DNA from: an uncultured Pseudomonadales bacterium
GTDB taxonomy: Bacteria; Patescibacteriota; Microgenomatia; UBA1400; PJMF01
Reading direction: 5' to 3'
Assembly: GCA_964466145.1 (NCBI GenBank)
Contig: CAYXMW010000001.1
Location: forward strand, 1-45,069
Length of the DNA: 45,069 nt
Part shown: one piece after another, positions 1 to 8,375 of the stretch
Numbering within the stretch: position 1 is the stretch's first letter
Layout: every line of letters begins with the position of its first letter
The notes under the pieces: generated by a model
What the model saw: only the letters and a program-made list of their open reading frames with translations
What the model was told of the DNA's origin: nothing
Databases searched by the model: none
Translations under genes and position numbers: made by a program

Positions 1-81
1 TATGCATTTAATAAACAAAAGAATCCCGAGTATATGTTTATTTTCTTAAGGAAACCGAGTGATTATATCAATAATAATAAA

Positions 82-1059
82 TCACCGCAAGTATCGTTGT
101 ACGTTTGTGCTATGTTCTTCTAAATTCTTACCATAGTGTATATCACTATTTCTGCCATGTAAATAGAAAAAGTCTGCCGTTTTTAAAGGCTCCAGAGAAG
201 CCTTAATTGCGTCTAGACCAGGATTGCAGATTGGCTGGGGTGGCAAACCATAATTAAGATATGTATTAAAAGATGAATCTAGTTTCTTATCAATACTAGT
301 GGGTGGTTCCCACCAAGACTGAGTTTGCTCATCATAGCCCTTAATATACTGCAATGTAGCATCAGCCTGTAAGGCCATATTAATATCGTATCGATTCCAT
401 AAGATACCAGCCACATGACGCATCTCTTCGTATCCACGAGCTTCTCTTTCTACTATTGAAGCCATTACCAGAACATCATCGAAGCTTCGATTTGATTGTT
501 CAATCTCATTCTCTAAACCAAAGATAACTTTTTTCTCAAAATTACTCTGAATAACTCGATGAATTGTGGTGGCAGTAGACTCTTTGGAAAATAAATAAGT
601 ATCTGGAAAAATCCGGCCCTCTTGACCAACGGTCAAATCAAGAAATTCTTGAAGATCAAAACTATTAAAACCATACTCAACTAAACTAGTTGCTATTTGC
701 TCCCTGCGCCAACCCTCTAAAATTGTTACCCAAGTATCATTAGTTCCTTGAGTTAGCTTTAGAGCAATTTCGACCGGAGTCATGGATGGAGAAATTTGGA
801 ACGAGCCCGATTGGAGTTTTCCCTCAAGCCCTTTCTGCTTAACTGCCAATCGAAACATGATCGAGCTTCTAATCAAACCCTCATCTTTTAACCTAGAGGC
901 AATGATGCTCACCGCTTGTCCTCGAGGAATAACAAATTGAGTCTTAGCGACAGCACCTGAATTCATGGGTTGAGAGAAAAGGTAAAAATATCCTCCCAAA
1001 CCAACCACCAAAACCAACGACATCATTAAAATTGAGATGAGGGATTTTTTGAAAGACAT
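82..1059 (-). CDS. mltG: Endolytic murein transglycosylase, YceG/MltG family
   Basis: 325-aa ORF with an N-terminal TM anchor and YceG-type motifs (LQSGSFQI, ILEGW, ASIVEREA, YNTYLNYGLPPQPICNPG). It follows ruvX as in the conserved alaS-ruvX-mltG neighbourhood. Confidence 0.85.
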   Translation of the reverse strand: MSFKKSLISILMMSLVLVVGLGGYFYLFSQPMNSGAVAKTQFVIPRGQAVSIIASRLKDEGLIRSSIMFRLAVKQKGLEGKLQSGSFQISPSMTPVEIALKLTQGTNDTWVTILEGWRREQIATSLVEYGFNSFDLQEFLDLTVGQEGRIFPDTYLFSKESTATTIHRVIQSNFEKKVIFGLENEIEQSNRSFDDVLVMASIVEREARGYEEMRHVAGILWNRYDINMALQADATLQYIKGYDEQTQSWWEPPTSIDKKLDSSFNTYLNYGLPPQPICNPGLDAIKASLEPLKTADFFYLHGRNSDIHYGKNLEEHSTNVQRYLR

Positions 1060-1074
1060 GAAAAAAGTATATCA

Positions 1075-1458
1075 CTAATAATTAATATCCAGCCATTCTT
1101 GGAGAAAGTCGGCGGCGGCGTAATGATCAATCGGACCCTGGCGTTTTTTTAGCTTCATTGCTGAGGTGGCTAGTTTTTGGTGAACATTTTTAGAACTCAG
1201 AGTTTCATCTACAAACTCCAGTGGAATAGTGGTATTTTTTTCAAGCTCTTGCGCAAATATTTTAGTTCTTTGAGCCATCTTGTTTTCAGATAAACCCAAT
1301 AGGATTAGATTTATCTTCTCACTATCAATAATTTTCCCAATTTTTTTAAAAATTAAATCATCATTGTTTAAAATTGATAAAGGCTCAGCTAAAACATGCT
1401 TATTAACTGCCAACCCGATTCGTTGCGTTCCAAAATCTATGGCTAATATTTTTTTCAT
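1075..1458 (-). CDS. ruvX: Holliday junction resolvase-like protein RuvX/YqgF
   Basis: 127-aa ORF with the N-terminal ILAIDFGTQRIGLAV motif typical of the YqgF family. Starts 4 nt after the sortase stop. Confidence 0.85.
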   Translation of the reverse strand: MKKILAIDFGTQRIGLAVNKHVLAEPLSILNNDDLIFKKIGKIIDSEKINLILLGLSENKMAQRTKIFAQELEKNTTIPLEFVDETLSSKNVHQKLATSAMKLKKRQGPIDHYAAADFLQEWLDINY

Positions 1459-1462
1459 ATAA

Positions 1463-2413
1463 TTAAATGCTAACTAGCTCTGCTGTAACCACACCTCGTC
1501 GGAGATAAGTTCCCTCAGGAACACAAGTCACCAGCTTAAGTGTTCTCTTATCATATTGTTGAGCCAAAATATAAGTATCTTCAGGTTTGACATCGGTTTT
1601 GTCTGTGACCACATATTTATACCTAGCTCCGTCTTGAGTTAAGTAGATTACATCTCCTTTTTCCAGTGTCATAATGTAACTGAAGATTGAGTTATAGCGG
1701 CGAGGATTTTTTTCGCTGGGGTTATAAAACTGGCGTAAAACTGAATGACCAAAAATAACTGGTGATCCTAGCTCACCAGGAAAAGCTGTGCCAGGATAAG
1801 CGATTAAGCTTTCATCTAGGTTTGTACCGCCAATTTGAACTTGAGCAGCTTCTATCTCTAACTCAGGAATATCTAGAACATACATGGTATTATTCTGGAT
1901 TTTTTTCAAGATATCACTCCGACCATCATTAAACCAATTTGTTAAATTAGTGTAATCCAACTCAGTATCTAAAATTACTGGGCCAGACGTTGCTTTTGAA
2001 TCAGAACCCAATATATTTGAATCATACTTAACCTGAGCCACCACCAACGGCGTCACATCTAAAACATCTTCTTTGGGGATGGGTGTTTTTAATTGCTGTT
2101 GACTTAAATCTGGTAAAGACGAAATATAGTATTGAGCCAAAGGTGTAATTGCATTTCCCAGTAAAAATAATCCTACTCCAATGAAAACTATCGGTAGAAC
2201 TAAAGCGCCATATCTAATTGTTTTTGGCAAACGACGTCTAATTTTAGTTACTCGTTCTTTTTCTTCTTTCTGCTCAACCTTATTGCTTACTTGTACTTTA
2301 TCTAATTTTTTAGATATTTTTTTTTCAAGCTTATCTAAAGACAAATTTTTTTTCAAAGCTTGACGGTATAAGTCTATTAGTTGTGTGGAGGAAATTTGGC
2401 TTACTTGCTTCAC
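1463..2413 (-). CDS. Sortase family transpeptidase (membrane anchored)
   Basis: 316 aa: K/E-rich cytoplasmic head, one TM (YGALVLPIVFIGVGLFLLG), then sortase catalytic contexts VIFGHS (His), TLKLVTCVP (TLxTC Cys) and YLRRGVV (Arg). The GTG start overlaps the upstream stop as GTGA. Confidence 0.8.
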   Translation of the reverse strand: MKQVSQISSTQLIDLYRQALKKNLSLDKLEKKISKKLDKVQVSNKVEQKEEKERVTKIRRRLPKTIRYGALVLPIVFIGVGLFLLGNAITPLAQYYISSLPDLSQQQLKTPIPKEDVLDVTPLVVAQVKYDSNILGSDSKATSGPVILDTELDYTNLTNWFNDGRSDILKKIQNNTMYVLDIPELEIEAAQVQIGGTNLDESLIAYPGTAFPGELGSPVIFGHSVLRQFYNPSEKNPRRYNSIFSYIMTLEKGDVIYLTQDGARYKYVVTDKTDVKPEDTYILAQQYDKRTLKLVTCVPEGTYLRRGVVTAELVSI

Positions 2414-4599
2414 TGTAATTCTACCTTGGAAATATCCTTGGGAATATGAGCATAAAGTTTGACAGCTATACTCGGAATTAAATCAATCTTGACTGAATCA
2501 ATCCCATCTTTAGCTGTTAAAAACTTTTTAGCCTCATCAATACTTTTACCCAAGATATCTTGTTTTAATTCGTCAAAATTTAAATCTGGCTTTGCTTCTA
2601 CAGAAATATTAACTAATAGATGTACCTCTCCGGAAACCGGTGAATCTTGATCTGGAGAAGACATAATTTGCGGATCACTATTATCCAGGGTATAGCCATC
2701 GGGCACATCATCTTCAAGCACTTTTTTAGCTAAGGGTTTTAAGTCTTCTATATTGTAGGCTAAAGCTTGTGCTGTTATTGACAGATCAAGAATCACCGCA
2801 CCAATCTCATCGCCGGCTTCTGCATCAAATTGTTGATTGTCAACTTTATCAATATTTACTGATGCTAAATACTCTCCCTCACTTAAATTTTCTTCAATAT
2901 CATTTCGAGCTTCTTCTAATAATTTCTTTCTTAGTTCTTCAACCAACTGATCTAGATCACTTGCAGACACAACTCTGACCTCGCGACTAGAACCACCAGT
3001 AAATGTTTCTGCTACGGCTGCAGAATATGTGCCTGGATCAAAACTAGCTACTTGCAGCTCTACTTCTTTTTCTAAATTTGAATCTGCGCCAATATCAAGC
3101 GCTGTGACAGCTACGTTTTTTTTGCCATACTCTGTTTCTTTTCCACTAGAAGTTTCTTTTGTGCTGGCTGAAGCTACTTCTACACCCTCATCTAAAGTAA
3201 AAACTAAGCCACCTTTAGAAACCCTTGTGCCTTGGTCAAAAGTTTTAACCGCTTCTGTTTTGTTATAAAGAATAATCTCACCAATAGCTTGATCACCCAC
3301 TACTTCAACACCAGTTGTTTCCTTAGTTTTCTTTGCCGAAACTTTCTTCTCAATCGCATGAGCTGTTAAAACTAATTTGCCCGCACTCGTACTATCCTTA
3401 TCTGGATTAAGAGTAATAGTGGTTTCTTTTGAAATTAATTCTGTTGCCAATGACAGCTCAACAACCGCCTTAACTCCAGTAGTTAACCATATCCCAACTA
3501 TCAATAACAAAGCCAACACCCCAGCTAAAAAGCCACCAATAGCAAACGAGCGATGTTTTTTAAACCAATTAATAAATTTCATTTTTATTTTCGAAGATGA
3601 CTTATTTTTTAAATCAACTGAGTTCGGTAAGTCTACCTTATCTTTAAATTTAATTTCAGGTTTAATTTTTTTCTTAAGATCATTTAAGTTAACTGGTATT
3701 CCATAACTAGTAGCTTTAACAGGCGGAGCTTTCTGAGGATCAACTTCAACAGCCAAATTTTTAGCTTTTTTAATCTCCTTAATTACTTCTGATTGTTTTT
3801 TTACTGGTGGAATTGGTGACTTTTCAGCTTGAGATTTAACAGTTGATTTATTAACACTGGGAGTAGAACCCCCTCCTTGCTTTATAACTGCCTCTAAAAT
3901 AATTTCTTGATCTAATAAATCTACTGTGGGTGAATGAGTAAATGGGTGAGAATTAACCCAATCGTGACCAAGTAATAGTTGTTTTTGATCATTCAATTCG
4001 GAATTATCTAAGTCTAAAGATGAGATCATTATCTTTGCTGGCAACTTAATCTCTTTTTCCTGATGAGCATTTAGTCTTGCTAGAGCTTCGGCCATATCAG
4101 CCATAGTTTCACCAGAACGCCCCACATATTGAGTGCTTACTAATTTACCCTGAGTAATTAAACTCAAAAATAGCTCATACTGACTAAACTCAACTAAAAG
4201 CATCGAAAGACGAGGGTTTTCAACTATTAAATGCTTAGCCAAAGCTTCGGAAATCATTACAAATCCGACTGCACTTAAACCCAATCCCTCAGTAATAGCC
4301 TTTAATAAAGGTTTCTTTATCGCTATAACTCCTTGCTCATCAACCCAAGTGCGTGGCAAGCCAAAAACTGCATCATTAACTTTTTCTGACTGCTTACCAA
4401 GATCCTGGAGAGCTTTATCTGCTTGAGTAACAGCTTGCTTATCGTCACCATACTCATAAATCGATGACTTGTTTAAAATAGTAGTGCCTTGATCATTTTG
4501 CTGCCACAGCGCAGCCTGAATATTAGAATCTGACAGTAAAAGAGTAATGTATAAAGAAATAGCTGGTCGTTTAGTTTTAAAAACTGGTGGCAGACCCAT
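2410..4599 (-). CDS. Large bitopic membrane protein of unknown function: cytoplasmic FtsA/PilM-like region, K/P-rich linker, one TM, beta-rich ectodomain
   Basis: Long ORF (735 aa from TTG 4617; I prefer ATG 4599, which has TATAGT 6 nt upstream). N-terminal region (AISLYITLLLSDSNIQAALW...) resembles an actin-fold ATPase segment. TM is FAIGGFLAGVLALLLIVGIWL. The C-terminal ~340 aa is rich in V/E/T/G beta-type repeats. The domain calls are from memory and weak. Confidence 0.5.
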   Translation of the reverse strand: MGLPPVFKTKRPAISLYITLLLSDSNIQAALWQQNDQGTTILNKSSIYEYGDDKQAVTQADKALQDLGKQSEKVNDAVFGLPRTWVDEQGVIAIKKPLLKAITEGLGLSAVGFVMISEALAKHLIVENPRLSMLLVEFSQYELFLSLITQGKLVSTQYVGRSGETMADMAEALARLNAHQEKEIKLPAKIMISSLDLDNSELNDQKQLLLGHDWVNSHPFTHSPTVDLLDQEIILEAVIKQGGGSTPSVNKSTVKSQAEKSPIPPVKKQSEVIKEIKKAKNLAVEVDPQKAPPVKATSYGIPVNLNDLKKKIKPEIKFKDKVDLPNSVDLKNKSSSKIKMKFINWFKKHRSFAIGGFLAGVLALLLIVGIWLTTGVKAVVELSLATELISKETTITLNPDKDSTSAGKLVLTAHAIEKKVSAKKTKETTGVEVVGDQAIGEIILYNKTEAVKTFDQGTRVSKGGLVFTLDEGVEVASASTKETSSGKETEYGKKNVAVTALDIGADSNLEKEVELQVASFDPGTYSAAVAETFTGGSSREVRVVSASDLDQLVEELRKKLLEEARNDIEENLSEGEYLASVNIDKVDNQQFDAEAGDEIGAVILDLSITAQALAYNIEDLKPLAKKVLEDDVPDGYTLDNSDPQIMSSPDQDSPVSGEVHLLVNISVEAKPDLNFDELKQDILGKSIDEAKKFLTAKDGIDSVKIDLIPSIAVKLYAHIPKDISKVELQ

Positions 4600-4650
4600 A
4601 TTATTACTATACCTCAACTTAAACCCGAAGAATACTATTTTTATTTATCT

Positions 4651-6468
4651 CTACTTAAATTTAGCATAAACTCGACGAACACCAGCACTACACGATTGTT
4701 CTTTAAATAATCTAATCTTACCTATCTCACCTATCCTATTCACATGAGGACCACCACAAAATTCCTTAGAGATCCCATTAATCGTATAAACACTGACTTC
4801 ATCCGGGTATTTTTCTATAAAAAAAGCAATTGCTCCCTCGTCAAGAGCAGCTTGTTTACTCATGACCTGCTTAGTAACTGAAAGATCAGCCTCAATCCAA
4901 GTATTTATCTGTGTTTCTACTTTACTTAGCTCTTCTTTTGCTAAAGCTTGAGGATGAGAAAAATCAAAGCGTAATCGTTCACCGTTTATATTAGAGCCCT
5001 TTTGCTCAACATGAGCTCCTAAAATTTTACGAAGGGCGGCATGAAGTAAATGAGTTGCGGTGTGATATTTAACAGTCGCTTCAGATTGATCACCCAAACC
5101 ACCTTTAAACTTGCCAGTTGCTGCTTGACGAGATTGATCGGCGTGAGACTGTTTGAGCTTGTTAAAGCTATCTTCAATATTGTCTTCAATCTGAAGATTT
5201 TTCTGTTTTGCTTCTTCAATAGACATCTCTAAAGGAAAACCGTAGCTTTCATAAAGATTAAAAGCTGTTGCGCTAGTCAAATGATCCATAGTCTCTTTTT
5301 CAAAAACTCGCAAACCTTTACTTAAAGCTTTACCAAACTTTTGCTCTTCTATTTCAAAAATCTGCTGAATATTTTTTACTTGATCAATAACTTTTGGGTA
5401 AGCGACTTGATACATCTCTGCCACTACTGGCACTAATCCGGATACAAACTCATTTTCAATCCCGATCATCTGCCCATAGCGAATTGACCTTCTGATTAAA
5501 CGACGAGAGAAATAACCTTGCTCTTTATTAGATGGATAAACACTATCAGCAGCCAACATTACCGCTGCCTTCATATGATCAGCAATTACACGAAATGCTT
5601 GAGTGGTTTTTTTATCTTGACCATACTTTTGCCCAGAATTTTTTTCTAAATAACTAATTATTGGCGTAAACAACTCAGTCTTAAACAGATCGGGGTCATT
5701 ATTCATCGCTGCTAAAATTCGCTCAAAACCACCTCCAAAATCAATATTTTTATTTTCTAACTCTTCATAGCCCAGCTTTGTTTTGACATAAGTCATGAAC
5801 ACATTGTTGCCTATTTCTAGATATCGGCCACAATCACAGTTTAAATGACAAGACTGGTCTGAAAATTGTGAATTCTGATGATCTTTAGAATCGCTGGCAA
5901 AATCATAGAAAACCTCACTACCTGGACCACCTGGCTCTCCGTCTGACATATTAGCTGGTTCGCCTACCCGCGACCACCAATTTTCATTCCCATAGTAAAA
6001 AACTCGCTCATCAGTAATACCTTTTTGAGCAAAAAGTCCCTGCCAAATCTGAGCTGCTTCTTCATCACGAGGAATACCTAGTTCTTGATTACCTTCATAC
6101 ACCGTTACATAAAGTCTTTGTGGATTTAATCCACAAATATCAATAAAAAATTCAAAAATCCATTCCAGCTGTTCTTTTTTAAAATAGTCTCCAAAAGACC
6201 AATTACCTAACATCTCAAAAAAAGTAGTATGACGATTATCACCCACTTTCTCAATGTCCTGAGATCTGAAACACTTCTGTGAATCAACTACTCGTGTGCC
6301 TTTGGGGTGTGGCTGACCTAAAAAATATGACAGTAATGGCTGCATGCCTGAACCAGTAAAAAGAGTGGTTGGATCATTTTCTGGAACTAAAGAGTCTGAG
6401 GGTAAAATAGCATGCTTTTTTTGTGCAAAAAAATCTAGATATGCTTGACGAAGTTCATCTGGAGTCAT
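4651..6468 (-). CDS. alaS: Alanine--tRNA ligase, short form (catalytic plus minimal editing domain, no C-Ala domain)
   Basis: N-terminus MTPDELRQAYLDFFAQKKH and FTGSGMQP match AlaRS. Editing-domain motifs HTATHLLH and CGGPHV are present. The protein ends right after GVRRVYAKFK. ATG 6468 is preferred over GTG 6474. Confidence 0.9.
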   Translation of the reverse strand: MTPDELRQAYLDFFAQKKHAILPSDSLVPENDPTTLFTGSGMQPLLSYFLGQPHPKGTRVVDSQKCFRSQDIEKVGDNRHTTFFEMLGNWSFGDYFKKEQLEWIFEFFIDICGLNPQRLYVTVYEGNQELGIPRDEEAAQIWQGLFAQKGITDERVFYYGNENWWSRVGEPANMSDGEPGGPGSEVFYDFASDSKDHQNSQFSDQSCHLNCDCGRYLEIGNNVFMTYVKTKLGYEELENKNIDFGGGFERILAAMNNDPDLFKTELFTPIISYLEKNSGQKYGQDKKTTQAFRVIADHMKAAVMLAADSVYPSNKEQGYFSRRLIRRSIRYGQMIGIENEFVSGLVPVVAEMYQVAYPKVIDQVKNIQQIFEIEEQKFGKALSKGLRVFEKETMDHLTSATAFNLYESYGFPLEMSIEEAKQKNLQIEDNIEDSFNKLKQSHADQSRQAATGKFKGGLGDQSEATVKYHTATHLLHAALRKILGAHVEQKGSNINGERLRFDFSHPQALAKEELSKVETQINTWIEADLSVTKQVMSKQAALDEGAIAFFIEKYPDEVSVYTINGISKEFCGGPHVNRIGEIGKIRLFKEQSCSAGVRRVYAKFK

Positions 6469-6477
6469 AGACACAAA

Positions 6478-6813
6478 TTATACACCTTTGAACTGCTTTT
6501 GTTTTGCTTGTCGTTTATAGGTTCTTTTTTTACGCGGAGCTTTAGCTTTTTTTAATTCAACTGGTTCAACTTCTAATCTTTTTAAAAGCTCATCTTTAGC
6601 TACCTGGACCAAATCGCCCAAATTCTTAAACTTAGTGTTTTCACTCAACACTCCCTGATCAGCCAAATGCTGTTGGGCTTTTTCCCACTCATTGGCTAAT
6701 TTTTTTCTAGTCTTTTCTCCTTGCTTAGTACCAAATAAATAATAACCAACTACACCTGAAAAAAGACCTATTACAAAGCCTGGAGTAAACGAACTATGAT
6801 TATTTTTTTCCAC
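6478..6813 (-). CDS. YtxH-like small membrane protein
   Basis: 111 aa. GFVIGLFSGVVGYYLFGTKQGEKTRKKL matches the YtxH-type N-terminal helix plus G-x-x-x-R motif. GTG start with AAGGAAG SD. Follows a DUF948-like gene in the ytxG-ytxH order of Bacillus. Confidence 0.6.
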   Translation of the reverse strand: MEKNNHSSFTPGFVIGLFSGVVGYYLFGTKQGEKTRKKLANEWEKAQQHLADQGVLSENTKFKNLGDLVQVAKDELLKRLEVEPVELKKAKAPRKKRTYKRQAKQKQFKGV

Positions 6814-7084
6814 TTGCTTTAACTTCCTTATCCTTATTTAACCAGCCCACAAAAGCTTCAAAGACCTTCATCCCCGCTCCCAATCCCGAAGCAACTCCAG
6901 AAATTTTTTGTAAAGGAGCAATAATAGCTGTTATTTTTTCGTCAGCTGTCTCTAAGGCATCATTGACTTTTTTAAGGGTCTTCTTTAGTTCTAATAAAAC
7001 TAACACCATCTGCACCCCAACCACACTCAGAACAATGGTTAAAGCTACTAGAGCAATGGCAAAAACTGTTGGAACTAACTCCAT
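6800..7084 (-). CDS. DUF948/YtxG-like membrane protein
   Basis: 94 aa with an N-terminal TM (VFAIALVALTIVLSVVGVQMVLVLL) followed by a coiled region. AAAGGA SD 5 nt upstream. 14-nt overlap with the YtxH-like gene. Confidence 0.5.
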   Translation of the reverse strand: MELVPTVFAIALVALTIVLSVVGVQMVLVLLELKKTLKKVNDALETADEKITAIIAPLQKISGVASGLGAGMKVFEAFVGWLNKDKEVKASGKK

Positions 7085-7130
7085 AATAATCCTTTCATAA
7101 ATACGTGAATTTAACTATAACAAATTTACG

Positions 7131-7775
7131 TTAAAACTTCACCCTGACTGAGCGTTGTATAAGTGTAATCTTACCTCGACGATCTTGAGATTCTATTGAG
7201 ATTGTGTTTACTCCCTCACGTGGTAAATAAACCTCTGCTTCAAATGAACCATCAGACTGCAGGGCTACTGGCTGAGAATTAACAGTCACAATTGCATCGG
7301 CATCCGTTTGACCACTCACACTTACTCTAGCTGCTACTAAAGAATCTTCCACCGGTGAAATTATTCTCAATTCTGGGGGTTGAGCTAATGTATACCATTG
7401 AAAACTAACGTAACTAATTAAAGTTATAAAGGTTAAAGCTAGTCCTAAAACTACAAAAGTAGCTGGACCCCAAGATTGACGTTTTTTTAAAATCGGCTTT
7501 ATAAATTCGCGCGGAACCAATCTACCTCTAACACTTTCTTTGAAATCTCTTCGCAAGAGCGCTATTAAAGGTTGATGATCAAAACCAAATAGTTGTGCAT
7601 AAATTTTAATATAACCTTTAACAAAAGTGGCTGCGGGTAATTGATCAAATTGATTATTCTCTAAAGCTCGCAGGTACTTCTCTTTAACGCGAGTCTTCTG
7701 AGCCAACTTTTCAATTGGAAGTCGATGTCGCTCTCTTTCCTCTCTAAGAATTTCACCAATACTTTTGGTTTTCAT
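7131..7775 (-). CDS. RodZ-like HTH-domain membrane protein
   Basis: N-terminal XRE-type HTH (IGEILREERERHRLPIEKLAQKTRVKEKYLRALENNQFDQLP...FVKGYIKIYAQ), central TM, C-terminal beta-rich domain. Confidence 0.6.
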   Translation of the reverse strand: MKTKSIGEILREERERHRLPIEKLAQKTRVKEKYLRALENNQFDQLPAATFVKGYIKIYAQLFGFDHQPLIALLRRDFKESVRGRLVPREFIKPILKKRQSWGPATFVVLGLALTFITLISYVSFQWYTLAQPPELRIISPVEDSLVAARVSVSGQTDADAIVTVNSQPVALQSDGSFEAEVYLPREGVNTISIESQDRRGKITLIQRSVRVKF

Positions 7776-7779
7776 AAAT

Positions 7780-8214
7780 TTACGACGCTAAAGCCTGGCG
7801 TACTAATGCTGAAACTTTACTACCATCAGCTTTACCTTGCACCTTTCCCATCACTTGTCCAATAGCGGGTCCTATTTCAGGATTATCCATCGTACTCAAT
7901 ACTTCATCGATAACTACTTGAAGTTCTTCATCTGACATCTGCTCTGGCAAATATTCTTCTAATATTTTTAACTTAGGTTCTTCCTCAGAAACCAAATCAT
8001 CTCGACCGGCTTTTTTGTATTCGGTAATAGATTCTTTGACTTGCTTGACTTGCTTGGCTACAATTTTTTCTATGCCAGCATCATCTTGCTCACCATGATC
8101 AATCTCATAATTCTTAATTTCCGATCTTAAAAAACGAATCACAGACAACTTAACTTTATCACCAGCTTTCATAGCTTGCTTCATCTCATCGATTAATTGT
8201 TGACTCAAAGACAT
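7780..8214 (-). CDS. yqeY: GatB/YqeY domain protein
   Basis: MSLSQQLIDEMKQAMKAGDKVKLSVIRFLRSEIKN is the typical YqeY N-terminus. ATG 8214 with AGGTGAAAGGG SD is preferred over GTG 8226. Confidence 0.8.
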   Translation of the reverse strand: MSLSQQLIDEMKQAMKAGDKVKLSVIRFLRSEIKNYEIDHGEQDDAGIEKIVAKQVKQVKESITEYKKAGRDDLVSEEEPKLKILEEYLPEQMSDEELQVVIDEVLSTMDNPEIGPAIGQVMGKVQGKADGSKVSALVRQALAS

Positions 8215-8250
8215 ATTCCCTTTCACCTAAATACTGACTAAGTAGTCTCG

Positions 8251-8256
8251 ATTGTA
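8251..8256 (-). promoter_or_regulatory. Putative -10 box (TACAAT) for the yqeY-to-mltG minus-strand gene string
   Basis: The minus strand reads gcTACAATcgagactacttagtcagtatttAGGTGAAAGGGaatATG, i.e. a leadered, SD-containing mRNA. Confidence 0.4.
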
Positions 8257-8266
8257 GCATGGGTAA

Positions 8267-8275
8267 TGCTATACT
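8267..8275 (+). promoter_or_regulatory. Putative extended -10 promoter (TGcTATACT) for mini-ORF A and lemA
   Basis: TGCTATACT lies about 35 nt upstream of the mini-ORF A ATG and is followed by a GAGGA SD at 8301-8305. Confidence 0.4.
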
Positions 8276-8309
8276 CAAATTTGAGTAAAAAAATAAAATT
8301 GAGGACAAT

Positions 8310-8375
8310 ATGTGCGGAGCACCTTTTATACCAGCTAAATTTTATTATAAATCTAAAATTAAGGGTCTAAAATGA
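8310..8375 (+). CDS. Mini-ORF A (21 codons, MCGAPFIPAKFYYKSKIKGLK), translationally coupled to lemA
   Basis: ATG 8310 is preceded by a GAGGA SD with 4-nt spacing. Stop TGA 8373-8375 overlaps the lemA ATG 8372-8374 (ATGA). It shares 22-nt and 23-nt identical blocks with mini-ORF B. Confidence 0.4.
   Translation: MCGAPFIPAKFYYKSKIKGLK

Noticed and set aside
2459-3706. Four plus-strand ORFs (2459-2650, 2769-2978, 3029-3268, 3377-3706) antisense to the 735-aa gene, and similar shadow ORFs elsewhere (1280-1462, 2181-2363, 5019-5232, 11070-11273, 12019-12413, 17648-17857, 18158-18564, 19529-19750, 24207-24395, 26101-26304, 26585-26803, 28272-28662, 31522-31722, 32874-33095, 34177-34422, 39398-39610, 41018-41233, 43901-44125)
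   Set aside because: Each lies entirely inside a longer ORF with clear family motifs on the other strand or in another frame. They have low-complexity composition and no start-site signal (neither an SD nor a -10-like box).
6469-6477. Expectation of a T-box leader upstream of alaS
   Set aside because: Only a few nucleotides separate alaS from the upstream YtxH-like gene, so there is no room for a T-box.
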